DNA from: the human T2T-CHM13v2.0 reference genome, Homo sapiens
NCBI GenBank assembly: GCA_009914755.4
Contig: CP086569.2
Coordinates: 23,520,001-23,584,000, forward strand
DNA length: 64,000 nt
Direction of reading: 5' to 3'
Shown here: piece by piece, positions 49,861 through 63,432 of the stretch
Numbering within the stretch: position 1 is the stretch's first letter
Layout: the number at the start of each line of letters is the position of its first letter
Notes under the pieces: model-generated
The model's input: only the letters and a program-made list of their open reading frames with translations
Told to the model about the DNA's origin: nothing
Database searches by the model: none
Program-made: the position numbers and the translations under genes

Positions 49861-52800
49861 AAAAAATAGTAAAACATAAGGAGCATAGGTTTTTCCTGCT
49901 CTTCTGAAATCCCAGAGTCAGAGGTGTGGAGTTAAAGGGAAATTTTGCCCACTTGTGATTTGATCTCTGAAAAAGAACTTCACTATGTCGTGTTTGTGGC
50001 AACATAGGTCACCTATGGCACAGAAAAAGTAAAATGAAGATACGGCATTGTTAAGGAGAGAGCGAATGCTGAGAGAAGTTTCAGAGATGCCCTTATGTAG
50101 GGGGCCAAGGATAGGACTCTGATGTGCCCCCGTGTCTCCTGGAAGAGATGGAAGATAACTCAGCACAGTGCTAGGAGGCATTCGCGGGGCTACACTGACA
50201 AGAGATAAGGTAGTCATGGTGCTAAAGCCATCACATAAACAGTCTCATTGGGCATCTAATAGAGGGTTTATTTATTTATTTACTTTCAAATTTTTGAAAA
50301 TAGAAGAGCACAACTAACTCCTGAATTATCCAATACAACAAGTCACAAATTTATGCTGTTACTCAGAATAGAGCACGAGAATCTCAGAATGATCCAGAAA
50401 TCCTACAGTGAAGATCTGGGTGAAACCAGGGACCCAAAGGTCACGCCAGGAGTCCCCATCTCTTTTCCATTTTGCAAGGGCAAGTGTTCCACTTGTGCCC
50501 CTCCTCACATTCTCATTTGGTACTTTGGGACTTATAAGTGGCACCCTGTAAAACAAAGCTCTTACCTGAAAAAAAAATTACACAATAGTGTTAGATACTA
50601 TTAATTAGCCACTTAAAACCACCACCACAAATTAGTCAGGGTCAGGGCTTGTAAGGAAGATTAGGTTGATAAGACACAACCAAAAACTTTCAAGTACTGC
50701 TACATCACAGTTGTTCTATGTGTAAATTTGTAGCACTACCACAACACTTAGATTTAATGTCCTTCCATCTATTTCAGTTCATTCACCCTTCATATGTAAT
50801 TGGTATGATTTTAAAAATAAATACTTAAGATATGTGTACTGCTTTCAATAAAGGAATCTAAAATGAAATGTATTCTGATCCAGAGTAAAAAATTTTATGT
50901 TTTGTGGCTGATGCTGTCTCTGCTGCCAACTGGCTCTGTAACCTCTGCCAAGTCATTTAATATCTCTGGGCATCCATTTTCTCCAGAAAATGAGGAGACT
51001 CGACTAAATTATTGCTGAGGTCTATTTTGATTTCTGAAGTCTTTCATTCATGGGAGTGCTAAAATAAGGACTGCTGAAACAATCATTATTAGATTGGCAT
51101 TAATCATGAAACAATGTTAATATGTGTACAACCGTTTAGTGAGTCCAGGCCACTTGCCTGGCACAAAGTCAGTCATTTTATATAGGTGATTTCTAATCAT
51201 CTAAACAACCTCATGAGAAAGTAGAAATTCAGAGAGTTTTTAATTTGCTGCATGCTACCTAGTTGGTAACTGGCATAGCCAGACTTCTAACCCATGTTTT
51301 TGTTTCTGAAGTTTCTAAATTATATATGATAATACTTATTTTCCATCTTTTTACATTGTTTTATTTGAAGATAACAGCTTCCAAGCATGTGAGAATCTTA
51401 TGCGTCATTCAAGCTCCCCATTCTCTCTGAAGCTATTTTTATAGCATTGAGGTAAAGCAATCTATGTCCTGAACTCAAGAAGAACTCACTTAGATCATTC
51501 ATTTAGCACTTATTTTCAAAGCTAACACATTTTTCTAATCTCTTGTAACTATCGCCTGTTTCTTTCCAACAAAACTACAAATGCTCTGAAGGAATGTCAA
51601 GAAAGGCTTGGGAGGGGTGTGGTATCAATAGGGCTGGAACTCAAGCGAAGAGAGTAAGGTGCCTGCTGTCAAAACTTCAGGAGGTCTCACTATCAGGACC
51701 TCACCAGTGCTGGGTCAGCTCAGCTCGTTCCTGGCCCTAGACAGCCCATAGCAGCTGGTGGATGGCTAGCTCACTGAGAAAGTCTGAATGAAGTTCAGCA
51801 ACCTTAGTTCTTGGCTGTGACGCCCACTCCTTTGGCTGCCCAGAGAGACCCTATGTAGTGCCTGGAAAATCAACCTGGTGAAAATAAAGCTGAAGTCCAG
51901 AAGGCAGAGTAGAGGAAAGCCAATGGAAATGCCTATCTTGGTACTATATTATTATAGTATAATGCGTCACCAAAGATCGGAAACAAAAACTCATTCAGTC
52001 ATTCCCTGGAGCTAAAAGCCCCGGTAATATAATGCTGTAAATAGAAAGATTTTTGAAGAAACTCCTTTAGATTGTTTCAGCCCTTGATCTATGTGGGTTA
52101 GTGCCATAGCAAAACATCACACAGTTGGTGACACTTGGTAACATTATCAAAAAAACAGAAATTTATTGTTTCAAAGTTCTGGAAGCTGGAAGTCCAAGTC
52201 AAGATATCATCAGCTTTGATTTTTTTCTGAGACCTCTGTCTTTGGCTTGCAAATGGCTGACCACCCTTTGTGTGTTTACATGGTCTTATCTCTGTGCTCA
52301 TGCATTCCTGATGTACCCTTGTGTGTCAGAATGTCCTCCTTTTATAAGGACACCAGTGAGATTGGAATAAGGCCATATCCAACTGCTTTAGTTTAACATA
52401 ATTACCTTTTTAAAGCCCCTATCACCAAATACAGTAACATTCTGATGTAACGGTGTTAGGACTTTAATACCAATGGGTGGAGGGCTTGGGAATTCAGCCC
52501 ATAATACCATGAGTCTGGAAAATTGTAAGCTGTCACATAGGCAGATACAGCTATAATGACCAGCAGAATACCATGCATGTTAATAAATAAGTATTGTTTA
52601 TTTATGCTTCAAGATTCAACTCTGACAACATCTAGATAAGCAATACATTTTTGTTGATTCCATATGATTCATTTAATGAATGAATAAATTTGTTTACTAT
52701 CATCAGTGGTCACCTTCATACCCTATATGAATAGCAAAAATTAAGGGTTAGAGATGTGTCTGAGATACAAGATATTAATTAACCCCATCTTTCTTATTTA

Positions 52801-53686
52801 AAAATTAGTATTTTAATTAAGCAATTGAACTTAAGCAATGTTACAAGTTAAGCAGATAAATCTTATTTAGCCAGATCTCTCCTTAGTAAATAAGTAGAAC
52901 TGAATATTTTCCCTCACTTTTTCTCCTCTATTAGCTTTAATCAGACCTAATTCATATACTTAAACATGGATTGGATATTTATTACTATTAATTCCTACAC
53001 TGACACTAGAGTCAATTTTGGACTGACCCTCTGCTTTCAGATTATCATAAAATACAATATATTGTATTCAGTTCAGATGCTGAAAAAGTTTCTGCATTAT
53101 AAATATTTATTTTAAGTATTTATTGCTACCGTTATGCTAATAATGGATATTTTTAATGTTTATTCATTGTAATTTTAGCATTATGCATATTCTCATCAAC
53201 CTGAATATCTGGGCCTTTCCCCTTTGCTCCTGTGCTCCAAGATCCCCTGTCTCCCTTTGTTCACATAGCAACAGAAGGAAATAGAAGAAGAGAGACAACA
53301 AAGTTCGTAGATTTTCTTGCTTTACACATTATGACCTTTTATTTTTTTATTTTTTATTTTTGCCTGGATTCTGTCTAATCAGATGTTATTTTTCCATTTG
53401 GCTCTAAAAATAAAATTGCCCATCACTCATCAATTACAACTAACAAAAATTATTGAATTGTTTTAACATGAAATTCAAATTGCATACTATACCCTTAGCT
53501 GCAGGCCAGCAACATGTGAGGTCAAACGGTGTAAGCCAAGGTGTTCAGATTTTTTTTTTTTTGGAATATTATGTATTCTTACATATTAAATTTATCTTTA
53601 CATTATCTGTTTACTTGAAATATTTGAGTAACATTATCAAATATGATTAAATAAGTATATTATTATATCAAAAGTAATTTCTTTTT

Positions 53687-54000
53687 CTTTTTTTTTTTTT
53701 TTTTTTTGAGATGGAGTCTTGCTCTGTCACCCAGGCTGGAGTGCAGTGGCGCTATCTTGTCTCACTGCAAGCTCTGTCTCCCAGGTTCCACCATTCTCCT
53801 GTCTCAGCCTCCCGAGCAGCTGGGACTACGGGTGCCCACCACCATGCCTGGCTAATATTTTTGCATTTTTAGTAGAGATGTGTTTTTAGTAGAGGCTTTC
53901 ATGGTGTTACCAGGCTGGTCTCGATCTCCTGACCTTGTGATCTGCCCGCCTCAGCCTCCCAAAGTGCTGGGATTACAGGCAAGAGCCACCACACCGGGAC
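53687..54000 (-). mobile_element. Alu element, minus orientation, with a 30-nt poly-T and a small internal duplication (tttttagtagag twice)
   Basis: tttttttttttttgagatggagtcttgctctgtcacccaggctggagtgcagtggcgctatcttgtctcactgcaagctctgtctcccaggttccaccattctcctgtctcagcctcccgagcagctgggactacgggtgcccaccaccatgcctggctaatatttttgcatttttagtagagatgtgtttttagtagaggctttcatggtgttaccaggctggtctcgatctcctgaccttgtgatctgcccgcctcagcctcccaaagtgctgggattacaggcaagagccaccacaccgggac. Confidence 0.92.
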
Positions 54001-54928
54001 TTACATCAAATGTAATTTCTTGCTGAGTTTTTGTAATATTAATTTCTAGTATCACTTAGCAAAGAGGGCTTGTGTCAAGTTTAAAAGGCCACAAAAGATG
54101 TAGTAGACTTGAATAGCATTGATCTAATCACTCATTTTACAGATGAAGAAACTAAAGGCCATATAGAAAAGGCAAAGTTGTAAACAGAGGAATTATTTTG
54201 AAGGAACTATCATTTTTAGGTTCAGAAGTTGAGAAATGTGTTCTGAACAGGACCTATGAAAACAAGTAGGTGTAATGGAAGGTAAACATGCATAAACCAA
54301 AAATATTAATAACTAATTAAATAACGGTGAGTATTGGGGGACCAGTAGCAGAGTTTGAAGCAAATATGAATTTCAGTTCTGTGTATTAGAAGATGAGGAG
54401 TCAGTTGAAAAATGGCATAAAGTTGAATGTGACAATTACATAGTTTGTGATAATGCTTGTTGGCAAAATGAACTGATGATGAAAGCACGGAGCTAAAAAC
54501 ACCTGTGAGGAAATAAAAACCAAAAATAATTTTTGATCCATTTGTAAACTTACTTGGCTTTAGAGGAAGACTACAGTAATGCAAATGAAGAGAATAAAGT
54601 GAGTCCATAGAATGTGGTAAAGAAAAATACAGCAGGATAGTGTCATATATTTATATAAATGATTCAAATTCTAATAATAGATTCTTGACCCTAAAATTAA
54701 TCAGGCTGAATTTTTTAACAATAATAAAATATTATATATAAAGTTGGAAAACCATTATCAAAAGTGACAAAGAGCTTTAAGGTATAAAACATCTGCAATT
54801 TGGAATTTTTTGTGGGTGTAACACAAATATTACACTAAGTAAACTCCATATTCATACGTCCTTAAAAATTATTGCACAGAGTGTTGTAAAATTAATAAAA
54901 CATGTTGGCCTGAAGCAACAAACAACAG

Positions 54929-55245
54929 GGCCTGGCAGGGTGGCTCACGCCTGTAATCCCAGCACTTTGGGAGGCCGAGGTGGGCGGATCAAGAGTTCTG
55001 TAGACCAAGACCATCCTGGCTAACGCGGTGAAACCCCGTCTCTACTAAAAATACAAAAAATTTGCAGGGCATGGTGGCCGGTGCCTGTAGTCCCAGCTAC
55101 TCGGGGAGGCTGTGGCAGGACAGTGGCGCGAACTCGGGAGGCGGAGCTTGCAGTGAGCCGAGGTGGAGCCACTGCTCTCCAGCCTGGGCGACAGAGCGAG
55201 ACTCCGTCTCAAAACAAAACAAAAGAAACAAACAACAACAAAACT
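54929..55245 (+). mobile_element. Alu element, plus orientation, close to the young AluY/S consensus
   Basis: ggcctggcagggtggctcacgcctgtaatcccagcactttgggaggccgaggtgggcggatcaagagttctgtagaccaagaccatcctggctaacgcggtgaaaccccgtctctactaaaaatacaaaaaatttgcagggcatggtggccggtgcctgtagtcccagctactcggggaggctgtggcaggacagtggcgcgaactcgggaggcggagcttgcagtgagccgaggtggagccactgctctccagcctgggcgacagagcgagactccgtctcaaaacaaaac... Many CpGs are retained. Confidence 0.92.
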
Positions 55246-56960
55246 CATGTGTGTTTAAGAGGCCACGTGAAAAGACTTTCAACTTTTGTACTTTTTCTAG
55301 ATAGCCTGTCTGCTAGAGGGTTCTATGTTTTAGAACTGAGAGCTGGTCTGCATGTCAGCACATACTTGTAGTGCTGAAGTCTGTGAGAGTGGAGCAACAT
55401 CTCTTTGCTTTCACGTATCCTTTGTAGCAAAATCGTTTGCCAACATAGAGAAACTCCCTTGTTTTCTTCTCAGTGGTGTTTCTGGTAAGAAAGAAGCTTA
55501 GTGTTTCCCAGTATGCATTTGCACGTTGTTTGGATGCTAAGCACTCCACCTCAGAGAACGTTGAGATAGCGGGGAAGCTCAGAATCCAGTCATTTGAAGT
55601 AGGAAAACAACTCTGATGTACTGCCCCTTTTATTTTTGTTTTCCTTAATGGATGAGGCCCCTAAGGTATTTTCAGCTCCAGAAGTGTGAATAGCAAAGCA
55701 AAGCTACAACATTAGCAGGACTAAGGATATGCCTAATCTAAGAACCATCTTAATTGTGGTTAGGGAGATAATTTCTTTGGAATTATTTACTTAGGTAAAC
55801 TACCAAATCTCATGACTGCTTCCAGGTCCTGAGATTTGGTGGTTTACCTGAGTAATACATTTGTTACCTTGCTACCTCATCTTTCTTTATTTTAGTAGAA
55901 GCTTTGGTTTGTAGGAATTAGTGTCAACATTCTAATAATTATTTGGTAATAACCCTGTAGTTGGTTGAATTCTCTAAAAAAACAAAAAAAAAAAAACAAA
56001 AAACTATGTTGAAATAACCCTGAGGACCTGTGACTATAACCTTATTTGGAAATATAAACTTTTCAAATATAATCAAGTTAAGGTAAGTCACATTACATTA
56101 TGGTATACCCTAAATTCAATGTCTTATATTGTTATAAGGATAGAGAGTTTTAGAGACACAGAGACACAGAGGGAAGACAGCCATGTGAAGACAGAGGTAG
56201 ATGCTGAAGCGGTATAGCTACAAGCTGATGAATGCCAAGGATATATTATGCCAATACATATATGCCAATACATATACTATGTATATGTATAATATACATA
56301 ATATACATCATGTATATTATACATATGCACACATAAACCCCTTTGAATAAATAGTATTACGCTTCCCTTTCCCTTTGTCCTAGCTTGAGTTGCCCAGAAA
56401 ACAAGTCTGAGGTTTGTTTAGTGGGGTATATGCGATACAGGACAAGCAACACATGGAAGGAAGGAGATTTACTATAACATTTTATCAAGTAGGCCAGTTT
56501 GAAAGGGAATTTGGGCAATTCTAGAGTTAATACTTTATGGCAAATAAACTCCTCTGTATGCACAACAACCTCAATTAATAACCTTCAACCTTTGTGCCTG
56601 AAATAACACAGGTTCTCCATAGAGGTCACTACTTCTCTTGCAGCCCACCCAAGGAGAGGCCACTTATTCCCTCACACTCCATATACTGCAAGGCCTGAGC
56701 GAGGTCACAGATTCTTCTTCGTCCCTTTCTAATATCATATCAAGTACACTTTCCTAAATTTATGACCCACTCCCTTTATTCTCACAATCTTCCTGTCCAT
56801 TCCAATTCCTGTCAATGATTACAGTGAGTTTAACATTCACACAAAGGCCCACCAAATCATACCAGTTCCTGAAGTTCCTAGTTTCCAAAGACCTTCTCTT
56901 ACACTTTAGTTCAGCCATCATCTTTCACTGTTTTCTCTTAACTATGTTGTTTCCTGATAT

Positions 56961-57243
56961 AGGTTCTCACGCTGTTGTCCAGGCTGGAGTGCAGTGGCAT
57001 GATTATAGCTCCCTGCAGTCCTGAAATCCTGGGCTCAAGTGGTCCTCCCATCTCAGCCTCCCAAGTGGCTGGAAAAACAGATGCATGCTACCATGCCAAA
57101 TGAAATTTTTATTTACGTACTTGTTGTAGAGATGGGTCTTGCTATGTTGCCCAAGCTACTCTCAGACTCCTGGCCTCAAGCAATCTTCCTGCCCTGACCT
57201 CTCAAAGTGCTGGAATTACAGGAATAAGCCACCATGCATGGTC
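56961..57243 (-). mobile_element. Old diverged Alu (AluJ/FLAM-like), minus orientation, no clean poly-T
   Basis: ggttctcacgctgttgtccaggctggagtgcagtggcatgattatagctccctgcagtcctgaaatcctgggctcaagtggtcctcccatctcagcctcccaagtggctggaaaaacagatgcatgctaccatgccaaatgaaatttttatttacgtacttgttgtagagatgggtcttgctatgttgcccaagctactctcagactcctggcctcaagcaatcttcctgccctgacctctcaaagtgctggaattacaggaataagccaccatgcatgg. Confidence 0.85.
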
Positions 57244-59467
57244 CCCTTAATGATTCATTTTACTAATATTTTAAAGTACCTTGCCTATACATCTCACCTG
57301 TGGAAGCCCAAATGTGGAACACCTCACCCATCCCCTGTCCAAGCTGTTTCCTAGACAGCTGGCTGTCATGTTTGAGCTGCATTATGAGCACACTCATGTG
57401 TCAATACGGTAGAGACCACCTTTAGCTAATAGCCAGTTAGGAACTCAAGTCCTTAGCGCAGCAGCCCATGAAGAACTAAATCCTGCCAACAGCCAGGTGA
57501 ACGAGCTTGGAAGCACATCTTTCCCCACATGTGTTTTAAAATGACTGAAATCCTGGCTAACACCTTGACTGCAGTTTCGTGAGAAGCCTTGAGCCAGACA
57601 TACCCTGATAACTATGCCCAGTTTCCAGACCCACAGAAACTGTGAAGTAATTAATGGTGTTTTTTGAAGCCACTAAGTTTTGCTATAATTTGTTACTCAG
57701 TGATAGATCAACAAATAAACTAGCTATGCCCCCTTACCAAAGTCATCTCTTCTTCTGGCAGCTAAAGTGCATGCTAAGAAATTAATGTTATGTGATTAGG
57801 TAATTGGTAACTGGGAAGCAAGATTAAAATCTCTAAAAAAGTAGTCATAACAAAACAGAGAGAGATCGAGTAGCTGAAGGGAAGTCACATATACGCCATA
57901 ACACACTCTGTAAATGCATCTGAATTTCTGCTTTCCCCACAAAGGTATCGTTGGTGCCATGCCTACTTAAGGTTAGTTCTTAAGGACATGGTGTTCTAGT
58001 CAAAGAGTACATGAAGGATGTGGTGTTCTAGTCAAATAGTACACTACGGATAGAGTTACTCTGATGCATTCTTTGAGCTCTTTCTGCATTATCTAAACAA
58101 TTTGGTGACACTTATTTCTTTGTATTCCCATCTTTCCCTTGCTCATTTTAATTTAATAACACTTTCATTTCATCCTTTTACTCTCACCAATAGGAGGTAT
58201 CATATCTCAAATACTTCATTGCCACATTTTTAATTTCTGCTATTGCTTTCGAGTACTATGATAATGATACTAACAAAGAACAATTGAAGGGCCCAACCTT
58301 CTGCAGTTAAGAGCTGTTCAGGAACAGGTCACTATCATAATCCTCTGTTCTTCCATGGCCAAAGTCCGTTGTTTCCGTTTAGATAATTTAGATACTTTGA
58401 TTTTTCTCTTCTAACTTTTTCCTAGGATTGGCTCGCACTGTATTTTGAGGGCTTCTGTGTGGAATCTCTCTCTTACATTGTATAGTTAAACCACATTATA
58501 TACCAGTCTACTGGTCTTATAGCCTAGGTATGGGATAGATATGCATGGCATGAGTTCAGTCAGTGACATCCATAAAACATTGGTATAGTGTAGGTATTAA
58601 CGCATAAATGAATTACTTTGTCTCATAGTGTCTCAGTTTACTGGTATATCAAATGGTGCTGATAATCATTTAGACTTCATACAGAGATTGGGATGATGAA
58701 ATGAGTTAAAAAACTTAGGCCACTTAGAACATTGACTGGCACACAGAAAGGCAAGCGCGTTTGCTACATGTACTAACTATAAACCTTCTAAAAATAGGAA
58801 TATTACATTTCATAAACAATTTCCAGATTTCTACATATGTTATCTCACCTGATTATGATAAAAAATCATTGGGTAAGAAATGGCACAGGTTATTTTAGTC
58901 GTTTTACAAACGACGAAACAAAGGTTGAAAAATAAGTAACAACCAGCATCAACTCTCCTAAGTATCAGGGCTAAATTGTGAATCTAGATTTTTTTCTGAA
59001 AACTTTTCTGAAGCTTCTTCTGCCTGTTTCAGAGGAGTCTAGAGGTATGAACCTATGAGATTATTGATGGGGACTCAATGGATTTTGATTTCTGCGCCCT
59101 TCACCAGAACAGAGTCAGCAGTGTTTCCACTGTAGGACATGGGTGGGGTGGGGTGTGTGTGCATGTGTGAGTTCACGAGGGAAATTCAACAGAGTGTTAA
59201 AGTGAGTATGTGTGAATTGAGAAAAAATTGCCATAAGATTTGGAATCCCCTTTAGGCAATCATCATACTGTAGTTTGTCAAGCTTGGAATGATGTACTTC
59301 CATATCTTAGTGGTAGTTGTGTAGGGATGTTTTTTCCAGTATCAAACAGTAACTTAGTAATTTATGGACAGTATTCAAGAATGTTGAAATCAAGATGCTC
59401 AGGACAGCACTTCTCAGCCTTTTTTGAAAGTGTAGTGTTATTTTATTAAGAGAAAGAAAATGTGTAA

Positions 59468-59882
<415 letters not shown>

Positions 59883-59904
59883 TCTGATTTTAACATAAGC
59901 TAAC

Positions 59905-60035
59905 ACGTTGCACATTTTGTACAATGCAATAACACAATTTTGTACAATGCATTTTCTACAGTGCATGTTGTACAACACAATAACACATTTTCCTTTTGTC
60001 TGATTGCATTGTACAAAAATGCAGTAACACAAAAG
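59905..60035. repeat. Degenerate tandem array of a roughly 30-bp unit (ttgtacaatgca(a)taacacaatttt-like, 4-5 imperfect copies)
   Basis: gcacattttgtacaatgcaataacacaattttgtacaatgcattttctacagtgcatgttgtacaacacaataacacattttccttttgtctgattgcattgtacaaaaatgcagtaacacaaaag. Confidence 0.7.
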
Positions 60036-62877
60036 AAAGTATTCATACCAATGGAAGTGAGTAAGCCATGTGTTATTCAGTCTATCTGGGGTGTTAACTC
60101 TCTTTGTTGTCACTCTCACTGAGTGAAACATTGCCAAGAGAAATATATATAACTGTTATAAAATATCAGAAAATTACAATTTTTAATATCCAAAGAACTG
60201 TTTTTAATGTCTGAATTTCATATCTTTTTTACTTTCTTTTTTTTTTAATGGAAACACACTGTCAGCAGAGAGCTATCAGGTCCTACTGTTTTATCTGTAG
60301 GACTGGTGAAAGCTCCACCTGTTTAATTCAGGCTTGTGAGAGATTTTTTTTCCTTTGGAAGTGGTGGCTGTTGCCAAAATAAGAAGAAATACCATGCCCT
60401 CTGAGAGTACAGAGCAGCTGGTGTAGTTGTCCTGATATTTATGGGATATAATATAATAAACGCACATTTGCAACTGGTTGGGGAAATAACGTAATGCTTC
60501 TTACATTTATCTTTATAATCTACTTTCCTAGCAAGTACTATCCTGCCGTTCATAATATATTTAGCAAATACAGATGAAAGAAGAAGAAAAAGAAAAAACT
60601 CTGTTACTATCTGTTACCACAGGGGCTAAGAGAATGGAATGCATGTCCTAGTTAGTTAAACTATTCTTTTTATCAAATGGAAAATAAATACACAGAGAAA
60701 TTTTTTCAATTTTTTTTTTCTTTGAATAATGGAAGACATTTTCATAAGAATTAGCTGGGGTTGGGGTATGTCTGGAAAGCAGGCAACACAAAGTTTCTAT
60801 CTGGGAGAAAACTAACATTATTGTCAAAAAAAAATCACCTGTAATATGATCCAAATTTGTCAAGTCAGGGGTGTTACAGAAAGGAATTTGCTACCAGAAA
60901 TTTGCAGTAGATGGTATTTCCACTATTCCAAACTATTTATTTTTGATGACATCCTCCTTTGTTTGAGCAGAAGTTTTATAGCGTGTATTTAGTGAAGAGC
61001 TACAGAACCTTAATAAAATAAGTAAAGCATCAGCATGGCAAAACTAGGGTCATTATGGGGACTTTAAAAATACTGTCCTACAGAAATCAGGCCTCAGGCA
61101 GTTTATGCAAGTAACAGAAATTATTCCTTAGTGTTGGGTTGTCTGCTATTTTATACTCTCCCATTTCCCATTATTTCTTATCATTTTTCCTGAAATGTCA
61201 TGGGGTCTATTGTCCACCCTCTCAATGAACACCAACATTGTGACTCTCATAGGGTAGTCGCACCTGCTTTATTCATTTATTAAATGATTAATTCAGGAGA
61301 TGCAAGCATGGCCCACAGATTTGGGAAGACACTGGAAATATAAAGATGTCCAGTCGACATAGCAGAGTGAACTTCTCCTCCAAACACACAGGAATGCTGT
61401 GTAAATGAAAACTATTAAATATAAAGGTGGAACTCAAAAAAAATCACATGCGGGATATGAAGCAGGATCACAAAGCTCATGCAGTAAGCTAGAGCTGAAG
61501 CCAAGGTGGGCTTACTGTTTTCCAGCACAGATTTTCATTTTGCAGGGTGAGATCATGAGTTCTGATTCTCAACTAATGGTGCAAGATGAGGTTCTCATGT
61601 CTTGAAAGGCACAAAACCTCCATATAAACTCAGAAACTATGAGACATGATCTGATTTTTCTCCTGGAGAATGGTTGGCAGCGTTCCTTCTGCATATCACT
61701 CCGGGGTGGTGGGGAAGAGAGTGGCCTATCAGCAATTGGAACACAAGCCTACCCACATGCAACTCCATTAGAATTTTTACTTTATAGATGGGCATCTACT
61801 GTATTGACAGTAAATTTTGCCTCCTCTCAGAGGTAAAATGGAAATGCATGTGTGTACTAGCATCCAAAACGCAGGGTGCTCCCAGGAAAGACAATGCCTA
61901 CTAGAAATAATCATAGCATCAGAAATCACTGAAAGTTACCGTAATGAAGTAAACATCCATGCAAGAGTCAATAGATGCACTAAAGATAAGGTAACTTGAA
62001 TTCATTCATAATATAGATAATGTGTTATCAAATATTAAATAACATTATCAAATAATGTTTTAATTTTTGTACCAATATTTTAATCTTCTCTCAATTTTCT
62101 ATTTAAAAATATATAGACTCTTAATTCTCATTCATAAACATGTCTATCCCATGGATTGCATTCGACTTCACTTACAGAAATGGTGTCAAATTCTGGAATT
62201 TTATGAAAGGTTTATACTTGCTGGCTTACTCATTCCCTCAACAAATATTTATTGAGAGTTATGCTGTATCAAGCACTGTGCAACATGCTAAAGATACAGC
62301 ATTTAAAAAGCCAACTTTTTAATGTGGCTAAAGAGGTAAGTGGAGCCTATGAGGAGGCAAGGAGGCAGGTCAACAGGTAGTGATCATTCAGCAAGGTATA
62401 TTAATGCCATAAACAAACAACACAGTACACAATGGTCTTGTGTTAACCTCACCTATACAAACTGAGAGAGGCATTGAGCTTATCCTGGTCAAATTTTTTA
62501 ATTTAATGTGTTAAAAAAATCTTATAGCATAAACATAAATTAAGAATTTTCCTGAATAGAAGTCACTGGTCAAATTGGCCACACATGTCTCTTCTATAAA
62601 CAAAACTCCAGAATATATGGCAATGTCTAAAGAATTCTTGGTAAAAAGAATTCATATGGCATGACCAAAAATTTCATACACGTAAATTTTCAAACTCATG
62701 GAAAATTAGTAGAAAGACAACTTTACATATACCAGAGCTCGGAAAGTGTATCCCATGCTACCCTGTGAAAAAAAAGTTAATATAAAAGCACATTGCAGTT
62801 GAAACAGAGTTTAACTAAAATAATGAATAAAAAGATTGGGTTATAAAAAGATGTGATTCAAAAGAATAGTTCACAAA

Positions 62878-62906
62878 CAAAACACACACACACACACACA
62901 CACACT
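62878..62906. repeat. (CA)n dinucleotide microsatellite, about 14 units
   Basis: acacacacacacacacacacacacac immediately 5' of a truncated Alu. Confidence 0.95.
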
Positions 62907-63078
62907 GCACATGGTTGTGTGTGCCTGTAATTCCAGCTACTGAGGAGGCTCAAATGGGAGGCCAAGCATTTGAACTCAGGAGTTCAAGCCTGCAGTGAGC
63001 TATGATGATGCCAAAGCAATCCAGTGTGGACAACAGAGTGAGACACTGTCTCAAAATTAAAAAAAAAGAAGAAAAAAA
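62907..63078 (+). mobile_element. 5'-truncated old Alu (right arm), plus orientation, A-rich tail
   Basis: tgcacatggttgtgtgtgcctgtaattccagctactgaggaggctcaaatgggaggccaagcatttgaactcaggagttcaagcctgcagtgagctatgatgatgccaaagcaatccagtgtggacaacagagtgagacactgtctcaaaattaaaaaaaaagaagaaaaaaa. Confidence 0.85.
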
Positions 63079-63142
63079 TGATAACTGCCTGAAGTGAAGG
63101 ATACCATGTCTATTATTTATATATTTGTTTATATTTATATTT

Positions 63143-63432
63143 ATTTTTGAGTTGAAGTCTCGCTCTGTCACCTATGCTAGGGTGCATGGTGCAATCTCAG
63201 GTCACTTCAGACTCAGCCTACCAGGTTCAAACGATTCTCATGCCTCGGCCTCCAAAGTAACTGTAAGGTACTATAGGCGTACACCACCATGTCTGGCTAA
63301 TTTTCATATTTTTCATAGAGATCAGGTTTCCTGGTGTTGGCCAGACTGGTCTTGAAGTCCTAGCCTAAAGTGATCTGAATTTCTTGGCCTCCAAAAATGC
63401 TGGATTACAAGCTTGAGCCACAGCTCCCGACC
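63143..63432 (-). mobile_element. Old diverged Alu (AluJ-like), minus orientation
   Basis: tttttgagttgaagtctcgctctgtcacctatgctagggtgcatggtgcaatctcaggtcacttcagactcagcctaccaggttcaaacgattctcatgcctcggcctccaaagtaactgtaaggtactataggcgtacaccaccatgtctggctaattttcatatttttcatagagatcaggtttcctggtgttggccagactggtcttgaagtcctagcctaaagtgatctgaatttcttggcctccaaaaatgctggattacaagcttgagccacagctcccgacc. Confidence 0.85.
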
